From assembly GCA_964355795.1 (NCBI GenBank), contig CAYHEQ010000001.1:9849-73848 (forward strand): a DNA stretch of 64,000 bases, written 5' to 3'. The DNA comes from an uncultured Candidatus Saccharibacteria bacterium (GTDB lineage Bacteria > Patescibacteriota > JACPGU01). The translations under genes and the position numbers were made by a program. Each line of letters begins with the position of its first letter. Position 1 is the stretch's first letter. Positions 18,792 to 29,173 of this stretch are shown one piece after another. A model generated the notes under the pieces. That model saw only the letters and a list, made by a program, of their open reading frames with translations. It made no database searches and had not been told where the DNA came from.

Positions 18792-19871
18792 TCAAAGTAA
18801 TGCCTTAATCGTCTCCTTCGTCACCTTGCCTTGAGCCAGTAGTTCCGTCAGCGATTGCTCAAAGGTAGTCATCCCCTCGCTCTTCCCTGTTTCTATAATT
18901 GACTTCAACTGATTAGTTTTGCCTTCTTTAATGGAGCTGATGATCGCTGTATTCGCCACCATCACTTCCGTGGCCGGAATCCGTCCACCATGCACTTTTG
19001 GCAATAATCTTTGAGCGATCACCCCCAGTAAGACATTGGCCAGCTGGGTTCTCACTTGATTTTGGTAATGTGGCGGGAAAGCGTCAATAATCCTATCGGC
19101 TGTGGTCGCCGCTGAACCAGCGTGGACGGAAGCGAAAACCAGATGACCAGTTTCCGCGATAGTGAGAGCCGCCTCCATTGATTCGCTGTCTCGCAACTCC
19201 CCTATGAGAATAACATCAAAATCTTCTCGCAAAGCCGACCGTAGGGCTTCCTTGAAGCTTTTGGTGTCTCGCCCCACCTCTCTTTGATTTATAATACACT
19301 GTCGGGGACGAAAAACATACTCTATTGGATCTTCAATGGTCAAAATATGCGCCGCTCTGGTTCTATTAATTTCTTCCAAGATAGCCGCGATAGTCGTTGA
19401 TTTGCCCGAACCGGTAGGCCCTGTGACTAGAACCAATCCCTGATGACGGTGAGCAAAACTCTGCACAGAATCTGGCAAACCCAATTCATTAAAACTACGA
19501 ATCTCACTGGGGATCAAACGAATGGCGCAAGCCACGCTCCCTTTTTGTAAAAATATATTGGCGCGAATGAAAGCGCGATCTTTGAAGATATAGGAAAAAT
19601 CCAATTCTTTTTGTTCTCGGAAAGTCTCCTTCTGCTCGGGAGTCAAAAGCAAGTGCACCAATTTCTCTATGTATCCCGGTGTTAATCTAGGCCTATCAAC
19701 CAAAGGCAACAATTTGTTATCCACCCGCAGGACAGGGTAATAGCCGGCCGAAAGATGAATATCGGAAGCCCCTTTCTCCAATCCCTCATTGAGCAAAGAA
19801 AATATCTCTGATTTATTATCAGCCAGCGCTGGAATGTCTAAGAAATCATTGTATTCATTTTTCTGTACCAC
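18792..19871 (-). CDS. pilT: Pilus retraction ATPase PilT
   Basis: ASDIHL, GPTGSGKSTT, TIEDPIE, QREVG, AETGHLVF, GMTTFEQSL. Confidence 0.93.
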   Translation of the reverse strand: MVQKNEYNDFLDIPALADNKSEIFSLLNEGLEKGASDIHLSAGYYPVLRVDNKLLPLVDRPRLTPGYIEKLVHLLLTPEQKETFREQKELDFSYIFKDRAFIRANIFLQKGSVACAIRLIPSEIRSFNELGLPDSVQSFAHRHQGLVLVTGPTGSGKSTTIAAILEEINRTRAAHILTIEDPIEYVFRPRQCIINQREVGRDTKSFKEALRSALREDFDVILIGELRDSESMEAALTIAETGHLVFASVHAGSAATTADRIIDAFPPHYQNQVRTQLANVLLGVIAQRLLPKVHGGRIPATEVMVANTAIISSIKEGKTNQLKSIIETGKSEGMTTFEQSLTELLAQGKVTKETIKALL

Positions 19872-19970
19872 GGTAATAGTTTATAGGTTTTAGTTTGTAG
19901 TGATTAGTGGAATAAAATTACTTAATTTAACCTAAAAACTATAAACTAAAAACTGATATTTTTATTTTTT

Positions 19971-21815
19971 CTACAAGCTCGTTACTCTATACACTTCTTC
20001 CATCGTCGTAATCCCTTGCAATACTTTCAAAACCCCGTCTTGCTTCATAGTAATCATCCCCTCTTTCAAGGCTTGATTTAAGATGTCGGTGGAAGACGAC
20101 CTCTGGATAGTCAATTTCTGCACTTCTTCGGAGATAGGGAGTAATTCATACACGCCCAATCGCCCCTTGTAACCAGAGTTATTGCATTTCTTGCAACCCT
20201 TGCCTTGCAAAATATTTTTCTTTTCAAAAGGGATTTCTTTCTTGTATTCTTCGGGGATAGCTTCATACTCTTTTTTCATATCAGCGATGATGGCTTCGGA
20301 AACTTCCGCTTTTTCCTTACATTCATCACAAACTTTCCTCACCAATCTTTGCGCGATAATAGTATGCAGGGAGGAAGCGATGAGAAATGGTTCCACGCCC
20401 ATATCCACCAAGCGCGGGATAGCGCCGGCAGCGTCATTGGTGTGCAGGGTGGACAAGACTAGATGCCCCGTCAGAGCCGACTGCACCGCCATTTCGGCTG
20501 TTTCTTTGTCGCGAATCTCCCCCACCATAATGATATTGGGGTCTTGGCGCAAAATAGAACGGAGTCCTTGGGCGAAAGAATAACCGATATAGGGTTTCAC
20601 CTGCGATTGGCTAACGCCATTCATCTGGTATTCCACGGGATCTTCTAGAGTGACGATATTAACTCCTTCGGTATTGAGCCGAGCGATGGCCGCGTAAAGA
20701 GTGGTTGATTTACCAGAACCAGTAGGCCCCGTCACGAGCAAGATGCCGTGCGGGATTTGGATAGCTTTGAGCAGGTAATCAAAAGATTTGCCTTGCACGC
20801 CCAGTTGCTCCAATTGAATCACTCCCCCACCTTTGTCCAAGATTCTCATCACCACTTTCTCGCCGTTAGTGGTGGGAAAAGTGGAGATACGCAGGTCAAT
20901 CTCGCGATCAGCGAAGACCACATCAATTCTGCCGTCTTGTGGCACTCTTTGTTCATCAATTTTCAATTTTGCCAAGATTTTGATGCGAGAAACAAAAGCC
21001 GGATGGTCCTTGAGGGGGATACTGGCCACTTGATGCAAGACACCATCAATACGACAACGGATTCTAGTGTCCGCTTTGTCGTTGGGCTCCACGTGAATAT
21101 CGGAAGCGCGAGAAAAAACGGCAAATTTGATAATCGCCGCCACAATTCTTGGGATAGCGGAATTTTTGATTAATTCTTGGAGCTGTTCTGCGGTTTCTAC
21201 CTCTTCCTGCACCAAAGTCGCCAGCGCTGTGTCCGATCGGGGCGCTTCTTCCTTTTTTTCTTCCTGACGAGAGGTCTCTTTTTTTTCTCCAACAGGAGGC
21301 ACTGTCTGCTGGACGATTGGTTGCGCTTCTTCCGTAGCGCCAGTGTCTTTTTCCATTAAGACTGGGTTTTTGTACTGCTCTAAAACTTTTTCTAGTCCCG
21401 CTTGGCTAGCCACATAAGGATCAACGTTGATATTGTTTTTACTCTTAATGAAATCAAAAGCTTTGCGCGTGACAGGATCCCATGGCTTGGAAACAGCTAC
21501 CTTGATCATTTGATCGGAAATTGTCTCAAAAACCACCATATTGTATTTGCGTGCTATCTCTTCCGGAAATTTGGACAAAACAACGAAAGGGATCTTGACC
21601 GCGGAAAGATCAATATAGGGCATCCCATAAATCTCTCCGGCAAATCTGGCGATATCTTCCACATTAACCTTTTCTGACCCAATTAAAGCATCTTCTAAAA
21701 AGGCCCCAGATTGCGCGGCCGTTTCCTTAATCTTTTTGGCGCTTTCTTCATCTAGGAGCTTTTTTCCCAGCGCCAATTCTAAAATGTTTTTTGCATTAAC
21801 TGTCATTGAATGCAT
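19971..21815 (-). CDS. pilB: Pilus assembly ATPase PilB/GspE
   Basis: ASDIHVEP, RVPQDGR, GPTGSGKSTT, LRQDP, TLHTNDA, two CxxC motifs, GYKGR. Confidence 0.95.
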   Translation of the reverse strand: MHSMTVNAKNILELALGKKLLDEESAKKIKETAAQSGAFLEDALIGSEKVNVEDIARFAGEIYGMPYIDLSAVKIPFVVLSKFPEEIARKYNMVVFETISDQMIKVAVSKPWDPVTRKAFDFIKSKNNINVDPYVASQAGLEKVLEQYKNPVLMEKDTGATEEAQPIVQQTVPPVGEKKETSRQEEKKEEAPRSDTALATLVQEEVETAEQLQELIKNSAIPRIVAAIIKFAVFSRASDIHVEPNDKADTRIRCRIDGVLHQVASIPLKDHPAFVSRIKILAKLKIDEQRVPQDGRIDVVFADREIDLRISTFPTTNGEKVVMRILDKGGGVIQLEQLGVQGKSFDYLLKAIQIPHGILLVTGPTGSGKSTTLYAAIARLNTEGVNIVTLEDPVEYQMNGVSQSQVKPYIGYSFAQGLRSILRQDPNIIMVGEIRDKETAEMAVQSALTGHLVLSTLHTNDAAGAIPRLVDMGVEPFLIASSLHTIIAQRLVRKVCDECKEKAEVSEAIIADMKKEYEAIPEEYKKEIPFEKKNILQGKGCKKCNNSGYKGRLGVYELLPISEEVQKLTIQRSSSTDILNQALKEGMITMKQDGVLKVLQGITTMEEVYRVTSL

Positions 21816-21896
21816 ACTGAATTATGATTCAGGATTTAGGATTTAGGATTTAAAAGATTATTCATGAATCATAAATCATAAATCTTGAATCCCTTC

Positions 21897-22175
21897 CTAA
21901 AGATATGGATTCTCCTTCCCCACATCGGCTGGATCAACCACGACTGGCGTATCAGCAATCTTTTTCAGATCTTTCAGTTCGTTATCCAGAACTTCACTAT
22001 AAGCTTGAGGCACGACTACGGGAGGAAAACTGGTTAATTGTTCTGACTTTGGCGCTGTTTTGATGATAGCGATGACAACGAAAAGCACCATCAAAAAAGC
22101 GGCCACTATACCGATCGTATTGATAGCAGAAAATTCCCCTTTCATTTTTTTCAACCAAAAATTAATCTTTTTCAT
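21897..22175 (-). CDS. Small single-TM protein at the PilP position
   Basis: TM helix; C-terminal GKENPY resembling the GRxNPF motif of PilP; synteny. Confidence 0.55.
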   Translation of the reverse strand: MKKINFWLKKMKGEFSAINTIGIVAAFLMVLFVVIAIIKTAPKSEQLTSFPPVVVPQAYSEVLDNELKDLKKIADTPVVVDPADVGKENPYL

Positions 22176-22195
22176 AAAGCCCCCTCACCTTGACG

Positions 22196-22885
22196 TTACT
22201 TCTCCATTTCAAACGTAGAAATAATAGTTTTCATCAATACATCAGCGCCAGTGTTTCCAGAACTTATATTAAAAATGTAAGAAGCGCCGGCTTTATCCAT
22301 TCTGTAATATACGAAGCCCCCATCGGTGCCGTAACGAGGTATTGTATATTTTTCCCATTGCTGATTGCCTGATTTAATGATTTTTTTATCTATTTTTAGT
22401 GAACTGCCCCCATCAGAAAAGAGTTTTTCTTGTTTTTTTATTATATCGTCGTAATCTGACGGTTTCCCACTTTCAAAATAGAAATTATCAGGGCTAAATG
22501 CCCATCCATAGACGAAAGAGGACCTGTACATAGATGTAAACCCTATCACACTGGAAGGAGCATCTGGATTTTTGGGCTTCTCCCAAACAAAATCAGCAGG
22601 ATACCTAAATCTAACGCCAAGATCTTCGTCTTGATATTTTTTCCATGCATATTTCTCGCCATCACGATACATTTCCTCGGTAGGCCTCGTAAGCTCCTCT
22701 GCGATATTGGACTGCGCATCATTGGATATCGCTTTGTTTGTATCTTTTTTATTTAAAAAATCATTTTGCCATAAATAAACCCCTCCACCAGAAACTATGG
22801 CAACCATTACTAAGATAAAAATGCTTGATATTGCTTTCATACCCCTACTCCCTTCTTTTTGTTCTATTTGTATTGCTCCCCTCAT
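22196..22885 (-). CDS. Hypothetical membrane-anchored protein (PsbP-like fold possible)
   Basis: TM helix; WKKYQDEDLGVRFRYP...IISTFEM. Confidence 0.65.
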   Translation of the reverse strand: MRGAIQIEQKEGSRGMKAISSIFILVMVAIVSGGGVYLWQNDFLNKKDTNKAISNDAQSNIAEELTRPTEEMYRDGEKYAWKKYQDEDLGVRFRYPADFVWEKPKNPDAPSSVIGFTSMYRSSFVYGWAFSPDNFYFESGKPSDYDDIIKKQEKLFSDGGSSLKIDKKIIKSGNQQWEKYTIPRYGTDGGFVYYRMDKAGASYIFNISSGNTGADVLMKTIISTFEMEK

Positions 22886-22930
22886 TATTAAATTTAAATT
22901 AGCCTACTATTACCTGTTTGCTTTGCTATT

Positions 22931-23626
22931 TTATTCTTTACTTCCTCCCACTCCTTCTTGATAAAAAATATTCGCCGTTACAGAGAATCGCAACAAAGGC
23001 TGTCCAATACGGACATCGCCGGAGCCATTAACGCTAATGACTTTGATGTGAAATGGCCTGATATTATCTTCCAGCTCTTTGACGAAATTATAAACGGCAG
23101 AATAATTGCCCGTGATATCAAAGACGATTTCTTGCGTTTTCCAAGTATTGGGAGCCGAAGGCTTGACGCCAACAGCGCCAGCGTTAACCCCCGCTTCTCC
23201 ACTGACAACCGTCCTGTCCGCGCTACTGGCTTCCTTGGGAGTAAAATTGGTGATGAAAAGCGAATTGTCCGAAGCGGCTTTTTCCAGAGTGACCAAAATT
23301 TCAGGAATTTCAATACCTTTCGGCAAAGACTGCTCCACCTCTTCAATGAAATCTTTTTGCTCATCAATACTTTTGGCGAGATTTTCTAATTTAGTTTTCT
23401 TTTCCTCAAGCTTGGCTTTCTCATTAGTATTATTGACAATATTCACCCTGTTTTGCTTGTAGGCGCTGTACAAAGGACCAAAAACTAGATAGCCAAAAAT
23501 ACCCACGATGAGGATGACTAAGAAAATGATCGTGCCGGTTTGATTTTCCCCCGTCCTGAAAAATTCCTCCACTTTTTTGGTGTTGAGAATTTTCTTTTTG
23601 GGCTTTGGTGGTAAAAGATTGTCCAT
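22931..23626 (-). CDS. pilO: Type IV pilus protein PilO
   Basis: TM, coiled coil, LP...IPEIL, GNYSAVYNFVKELEDNIRPF. Confidence 0.8.
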   Translation of the reverse strand: MDNLLPPKPKKKILNTKKVEEFFRTGENQTGTIIFLVILIVGIFGYLVFGPLYSAYKQNRVNIVNNTNEKAKLEEKKTKLENLAKSIDEQKDFIEEVEQSLPKGIEIPEILVTLEKAASDNSLFITNFTPKEASSADRTVVSGEAGVNAGAVGVKPSAPNTWKTQEIVFDITGNYSAVYNFVKELEDNIRPFHIKVISVNGSGDVRIGQPLLRFSVTANIFYQEGVGGSKE

Positions 23627-23711
23627 AAAATTCTGTAATTCGTAGTAACTTATTGTAATTTATCGTAATTAATTGCAACCAGACAACCAATTACCACGAG
23701 TTGCCTAATTA

Positions 23712-24359
23712 CTATAAATTACTGTCATCCAATATCCCCTGCTCCTGCGCTTTTTTGGCTTCCTCCTCTTTAATAACTGTTCTAGTAATATCCTTCTTTA
23801 AGCGCAAAGAAATGGAAAATTCTACCTTTGATTTACCGATGTCATTGACCGTTAATGAGGAGCTGATCAAGGAAGCCCCTTCAAAGAAAGAGGAATTATT
23901 GAAAGACACCAGCAGCTTGGCCACGCCCTGATAAGTTTCGGCCGAACCATTGATTCTGACAATCCCCGCCTTGTCTATCTCAAATCGAGAAAAAGACACT
24001 GTTTTCGGTTCAACGCTCTCCACTTCTTTGAAAACAACTGACCAGAAAGGCGTTTGTTGCAGAAGAGTCAGAGCGTTCCGATTTCTTTGCGCGATAGACA
24101 GCCCTTGTTGCTCTACGCTCAAAAGGGCGGCGTTGGCCGTCTTCAGCCCAGTAATAGCGTCTTTCAACACTTCATTTTTGTTCTTGGCGGAAACTTCTAG
24201 TCCCGCGAAAAGTAGCGTCCCCAAAACGAAAATACCCACAAAAATAGCGGAAAAGACCAGCGCCATCTTGCGATTTTGCTTATCTTTTTCGCTCTCCACG
24301 AAACGAGCCGTCGGCTCTCCTACTTCATTGGTGATTTTGGAAATATCAATATCTAACAT
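23712..24359 (-). CDS. pilN: Type IV pilus protein PilN
   Basis: TM, coiled coil, WSVVFKEV...P, INGSAETY..VAK, FSISL. Confidence 0.8.
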   Translation of the reverse strand: MLDIDISKITNEVGEPTARFVESEKDKQNRKMALVFSAIFVGIFVLGTLLFAGLEVSAKNKNEVLKDAITGLKTANAALLSVEQQGLSIAQRNRNALTLLQQTPFWSVVFKEVESVEPKTVSFSRFEIDKAGIVRINGSAETYQGVAKLLVSFNNSSFFEGASLISSSLTVNDIGKSKVEFSISLRLKKDITRTVIKEEEAKKAQEQGILDDSNL

Positions 24360-24434
24360 TTTGTTTTTGTTTTCCTCTTACGACTTGCTCTTACTATAAA
24401 TGAAAGATTTTTATTTTGCAACTATGTAATTGCT

Positions 24435-24910
24435 TAAGCGATGCGAATCTACAAATAACATGCGAATATAGCGAATGTCTATGCGAATCAAATTTTTGTA
24501 TTTAATATCCTATTGGGCTTAAGATGGCTATTTCTAAAATTAACTATCATCCCCAACTTCAAATTATTAATTTCTAGGTATCTTTTTACTTGAAAATAAT
24601 CTTCTTTGTCCGCAAAATTTTTTGCTTTGCATTCTACTACTATTTTATCTTCTATGAGAAAATCCATTCTATTCCCACTGCCATCATTTAATTCTCTTTT
24701 ATAAGCAACACCTTTATTCTGCAGTTCCTTCTCTATTTCATCACAATATTGTTTTTCTTTACAGAATCGCCCTAGTCTATTTTGAACTGCAAAAAATATC
24801 CCATTTATTTTGTAAGACAATTCCGGATAAATTACATCCTTCATTTATTACTTATTATTCGCATTATATTCGTAGATTCGCATGAGAATTCGCATTATTC
24901 GCATCGCTTA
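24435..24910. mobile_element. GxxExxY cassette bounded by perfect 14-bp terminal inverted repeats TAAGCGATGCGAAT
   Basis: 24435-24448 is the reverse complement of 24897-24910; internal gcgaat and attcgc arrays flank the gene. Confidence 0.7.
24488..24844 (-). CDS. GxxExxY-family protein (PD-(D/E)XK nuclease fold)
   Basis: ELSYKING..F.V.N.LG...EKQY, RMDFLIEDKIVVECKA, QVKRYL, GMIVNF. Confidence 0.9.
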   Translation of the reverse strand: MKDVIYPELSYKINGIFFAVQNRLGRFCKEKQYCDEIEKELQNKGVAYKRELNDGSGNRMDFLIEDKIVVECKAKNFADKEDYFQVKRYLEINNLKLGMIVNFRNSHLKPNRILNTKI

Positions 24911-27076
24911 TTACTGCCTGGCTTTGAATACTTCTTTGGCAAATCCCGGTGGCGGGGACAAGACTACTCGCGGATCGTATTGGAAATCTTCGGCTGGTTG
25001 CCAATCCAGATATTTAGGATCGTTAGGCTTTATTGAACCCTTGCAAATTGGTGGCAAGGCGTTATCGCAAGACCAGAGTAGCTCTTTCGGACCAATGTAA
25101 TTGCGATAAAGTTGGAAAGCTTCTGATCGCGAAGAAACATTCCACCACCCGCTAGCGATGACCACTCCATGAATGACTAATTGTTTGTCATAAGTCTCTC
25201 CGCCACAAGCAGCGGGGGTAATAGCGCAAGAACCGCTAATAAAGCTCCCCTTTTGACCGGTATTGGCTTTGTCAGAATAGATGAAGAATACGCCCTCCAG
25301 CCTTCCTACCCTCGGACTGACATTGACATTGCCATTTTTGACAATGAAGCCCACCATATCTTTGTTTTTGTTCTCGTATTGCAGACTGTCGTTAATAGAA
25401 AGATCGCCATCAACAACAACCGTTCCTCTGCCACGCAGGGTCATCGGCGAACCGCTATTGTTACCTATCGTCAAACCGTCACTATAATAAAGAGCGCCTC
25501 CTTCAGGGATATTGGTGGGATTGAGGTCTATTGTCGCGCTAGTGAGACTACCTTTGCCATAACTAGTTTTGGCTATTTTGGCGCCATTAATTAGTTTCGT
25601 CCGACTTTTTTCTATAATTCCGCAAGCCGAATTTTCTTGACAGACTTTGTCTTCATCTAGACCAAAACTGGAAGGACTATTAGAGCTGATGCCGTATGCG
25701 CCCACCGTCCAATCGCTCGCTGATTTTGATTGAGACGCTATATTGCCACCAGAACCGATGATGTAGAGAACGCTAGAAGGATTTCTCAAGTTCACTCCCT
25801 TGCGACCAAAAACGCTACCCCCGGTGGATTCTTTGAGGAAAGAATAAGTAACGATGTCTATGTCTGTTTTGGTAGTTTGCTCTGTCCCCGTCGTAAAGGT
25901 CGCGGTATTGGTAATTACTGAATTGGCTGTCACCTCTTTGGCAATAGTTACTTCTACTTCAAAATGATAATTGGTGGCGTGGACCAAAGAATTGATCGTT
26001 ATGGACAAAGAATTAGTCCCCGCAGTAGCGACGCTATAACTAGCGGAAATGATGTTAGCGCTTTTTACCCTGATACCCTTGATGGCAGACGCTGGCGTAA
26101 CCGTATCGTTGATGGTCAAAGTTCCTCCATCGGTAATATTATCCACCGCTACATCAAGATCGTAAGTGGTGGTGAAATCAATGCCCGGATTAATGAGGAG
26201 AGAAGTATCGTCGCTTTTACTCGCTGTTATCAGAGCCGACATCGGACTGATGAGCAAGACTTCCGCCGCCGAGTATTGCCAATGAATCTTGTCTTCAGAA
26301 ATAGCGGCTACTCCTTTGACTAAATACATGGCGGGATCAACCAAGGAGTTGCCCTTGTTGTCAAAAACTAGCGCTTCCGCCGTAGAACGATCAATATTTT
26401 TGAGATCGGACATTTTGTAAAAAGTGAGCGCGAGATTAGTCGTAGAATTGGCAAAAACAGTAAATCTCCTTCCCTCTTTCGGTTGCGGAACATAATATTG
26501 AACGCCTCCGATGGTTATCGTATCAGATCCGCCACTATCCACGGAGATGAAGTGTGTGCCGACTTTCAGATTAGAAATATTAAAATTCCCACTAGTAGGC
26601 GTGGCCGTTACCCCATCTATCAAAAGAGGGGCGATGATCGGACCGCTGTCGCTATTTTTCATCTCAATGCTGGCCGATCCCAAACCGATTGCTTCCGTAG
26701 CTGTCAACATTACTGTCTTGGAAATTTCCGCGCTAGCACCATTGATGCAAAGTAATTTGTAGATGGCCGAACCTTGCGGAACAAAAGTTTTCACTACTCC
26801 AAGAGGAGCGCCCCAACTACTGACGATAGTGGCGCCTAAGTCATCTATAATCCTGCATGAAGTAGCGCTGGAAACAGTGTAATAGAGAGTTATTGGGTCC
26901 ATCGGGTTTTTGATAGTGACATTTTTGAATGGCAGACCGCTAATACCATCAAAAACAAATTTCGTGATCGTCGGCTCGCCGACCGCCCGCGCGGAAGTGG
27001 CGCCAAAAATAATCCCCGCTACCAACGCTGGGAGAAAAACTAGCCCGAAAATAATGGATGAATATCTTTTGTTCAT
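24911..27076 (-). CDS. Large exported protein with a PilX-C/adhesin-like C-terminal domain
   Basis: Signal peptide, beta-rich repeats, GTVVVDGDLSIN...PAEDFQYDPRVVLSPPPGF. Confidence 0.7.
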   Translation of the reverse strand: MNKRYSSIIFGLVFLPALVAGIIFGATSARAVGEPTITKFVFDGISGLPFKNVTIKNPMDPITLYYTVSSATSCRIIDDLGATIVSSWGAPLGVVKTFVPQGSAIYKLLCINGASAEISKTVMLTATEAIGLGSASIEMKNSDSGPIIAPLLIDGVTATPTSGNFNISNLKVGTHFISVDSGGSDTITIGGVQYYVPQPKEGRRFTVFANSTTNLALTFYKMSDLKNIDRSTAEALVFDNKGNSLVDPAMYLVKGVAAISEDKIHWQYSAAEVLLISPMSALITASKSDDTSLLINPGIDFTTTYDLDVAVDNITDGGTLTINDTVTPASAIKGIRVKSANIISASYSVATAGTNSLSITINSLVHATNYHFEVEVTIAKEVTANSVITNTATFTTGTEQTTKTDIDIVTYSFLKESTGGSVFGRKGVNLRNPSSVLYIIGSGGNIASQSKSASDWTVGAYGISSNSPSSFGLDEDKVCQENSACGIIEKSRTKLINGAKIAKTSYGKGSLTSATIDLNPTNIPEGGALYYSDGLTIGNNSGSPMTLRGRGTVVVDGDLSINDSLQYENKNKDMVGFIVKNGNVNVSPRVGRLEGVFFIYSDKANTGQKGSFISGSCAITPAACGGETYDKQLVIHGVVIASGWWNVSSRSEAFQLYRNYIGPKELLWSCDNALPPICKGSIKPNDPKYLDWQPAEDFQYDPRVVLSPPPGFAKEVFKARQ

Positions 27077-27261
27077 TTGAATTTTGACTTTATGGTTCCT
27101 CGTCCGAGGTTCGACCTTAGCTTCTAAATTTCTCCGAAGTCTCCGTCCGAGGTTCGACCTTAACTTCTAAACTTCTCCAAGGTCGAACCTCTTTACCCCT
27201 GTTTTTCTGTTTTTTTTAATTTTATTCAATCTGCAATCTGAAATCTAGAATCTGCAATTCT

Positions 27262-28017
27262 CTATGGCGCCTTTACCTTGAATTTAACCGAACTCTCCCC
27301 CGGTGTGGCGGTATATGAATTCCAAAGCAATTCGTTGCTGGTAGACGAAAGGGTAAAACCTGTTCCATCGACTATCGTAGCCTTAGTTTTATCAAACATG
27401 CTTGGCAGGACGTATCTCAAATTAACAATCTTGTCCACCGACCCCTGATTGGTAACGCGCAAAGTATAGGTGATGAATCCACCCTTGAAAGATGTCGCAT
27501 TACCGCCTCCCGCGTCTCCCTCCGCTTCCACATAAACCAAGACGCCTTTGGGATAATTGTAAGAGTCGGTATAAGTATATTCTACAGGTTCAATGACGCC
27601 TCCTTGAGGGATAAGATTGACGCTAAAATTGGCCGTTAAAGTAGTACTGCCTTGACCAAAAGTGAAGGTCGCAGAACTAGCAAGGGTATTAGAGAGATTG
27701 CCATAAATAGGGCTAGAAGTAAAAGTCCAACCAGAAAAAACATAACCAGAATTAGCAGTAGCCTTAATTTCTTTGGTAGAACCACCCACTCCTGTTGTTG
27801 CTCCGCCAGTTATAGCTACCGTCCCGCCAGCCACTGGATTGACGACAAGAGTCAACGTGTAATTAGCCACACAAAGATTGGGCATTATGGCGCAGAGACT
27901 CGTCGCCACTGGTGGCACCATGGCCGATACCCCACCGGTCAAAAGCAAAATCAACCCTGCCGCCATACCAGCAAAAATTGTCTTCCTCCGCAAATTATTT
28001 ATGCTCTTTTTAATCAT
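27262..28017 (-). CDS. Exported protein: InlB B-repeat-like domain plus DUF11
   Basis: YTLTL..NP..GG...ATANSGYVFSGWT...LTANF; ITYTLRVTNQG. Confidence 0.7.
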   Translation of the reverse strand: MIKKSINNLRRKTIFAGMAAGLILLLTGGVSAMVPPVATSLCAIMPNLCVANYTLTLVVNPVAGGTVAITGGATTGVGGSTKEIKATANSGYVFSGWTFTSSPIYGNLSNTLASSATFTFGQGSTTLTANFSVNLIPQGGVIEPVEYTYTDSYNYPKGVLVYVEAEGDAGGGNATSFKGGFITYTLRVTNQGSVDKIVNLRYVLPSMFDKTKATIVDGTGFTLSSTSNELLWNSYTATPGESSVKFKVKAP

Positions 28018-28123
28018 TTTAATTGTTAGTTTCGCGTCCGAGGTTCAACCTTAGCTCCTAAACTTCTCCACTTGTCCGCCTCTGGAGGAAGGTTGAACCT
28101 CTTAATTCTTGTTTGCGCTTTCC

Positions 28124-28636
28124 TTACGGCGCTATCGTCCCGGTAACTGTCCATTGATTTGGTATTTGAACATAAGCAGTTGCGTTTGCCTTCTCATTAC
28201 ATCCCGAACCTGATACTATTTGGCCACCAACTGCTGAATATAGCCCCTGAACAGCTGCGCAATTTTGACCAGCAGCGACAAAAGTGGCAGGAGTATTAAA
28301 GCTAGTAAATGCGCCATTTGTTGCCCCGGCAATAACATTGCCACTCCAACTCCCACTAGGCACTGTCCATGTTTCAGTTATGGTAGTTGTCGAGCCAGTA
28401 ACTCCCCCTGTAACTGTCCATTCGGCTGGCCCTAACGATATCGTCGCCGCTGTATTACCTGGGCCCGAATTGGGTATAGGAATATTCCTCCACGTCTTCA
28501 CAATCCAAGTGAAAGAATACCCCGTTGCCGCTTGGGCTCTCTGATTTTGTGTTCCCCAAGCCACTACCGCGACGACGATAAGAACGATGCCAATGATAAA
28601 AAGCGCTAGGCTTTTTTTGTCCAAAGTTTTTGTCAT
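28124..28636 (-). CDS. Exported protein sharing its leader with the 31407-33989 protein
   Basis: GAGGAGG RBS; MTKTLDKK...WGTQNQRAQAAT. Confidence 0.7.
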   Translation of the reverse strand: MTKTLDKKSLALFIIGIVLIVVAVVAWGTQNQRAQAATGYSFTWIVKTWRNIPIPNSGPGNTAATISLGPAEWTVTGGVTGSTTTITETWTVPSGSWSGNVIAGATNGAFTSFNTPATFVAAGQNCAAVQGLYSAVGGQIVSGSGCNEKANATAYVQIPNQWTVTGTIAP

Positions 28637-28741
28637 ATTTTCCTCCTCGCACACTTTAATTTTAATATAAATTCCTTATCCGACTTCTAATTTTTTATTT
28701 TTTTAATTTTCTTGTCCCGCGAAACCTTTGGCGAAGTGGGA

Positions 28742-28981
28742 TTACTTTTTTAGCCCTTCCCCCGCTATAGGTCCCGGCATTTGACTCGTTTCAAAGCCAT
28801 AAGTCGTTTCCCCCTTCTTCTTCGCCTCCTCTATCGCCAGATTTCTTTTAATCATATCCGGCGTGCCGGCTATCGGTGACTTACTTCGTAACCGTATCTC
28901 GTTATACGCCACCACTCCCAGCAAAACGACTCCGACCGCAAGAGTGATGATAGCAATATGGCGAAAAGTTATTTCTTTCAT
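28742..28981 (-). CDS. Small single-TM protein
   Basis: ORF with one TM helix. Confidence 0.55.
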   Translation of the reverse strand: MKEITFRHIAIITLAVGVVLLGVVAYNEIRLRSKSPIAGTPDMIKRNLAIEEAKKKGETTYGFETSQMPGPIAGEGLKK

Positions 28982-29173
28982 ACTAAATTTTAATTTCTCC
29001 AATCCGAGGCTCAACCTCAAAGGATGCCCAGAGGTTGAACCTCTTTACCCTAGATGGTTTCCTGTCCGAGGTTCAACCTTAGCTTCCAAACTTCCCCAAG
29101 GTTGAACCTCTGACCAATAATTTTTGTCTTCCGCGTAAGTCTGCGTTAAGTCTGCGTCCGTCCGCGGTCGGCG

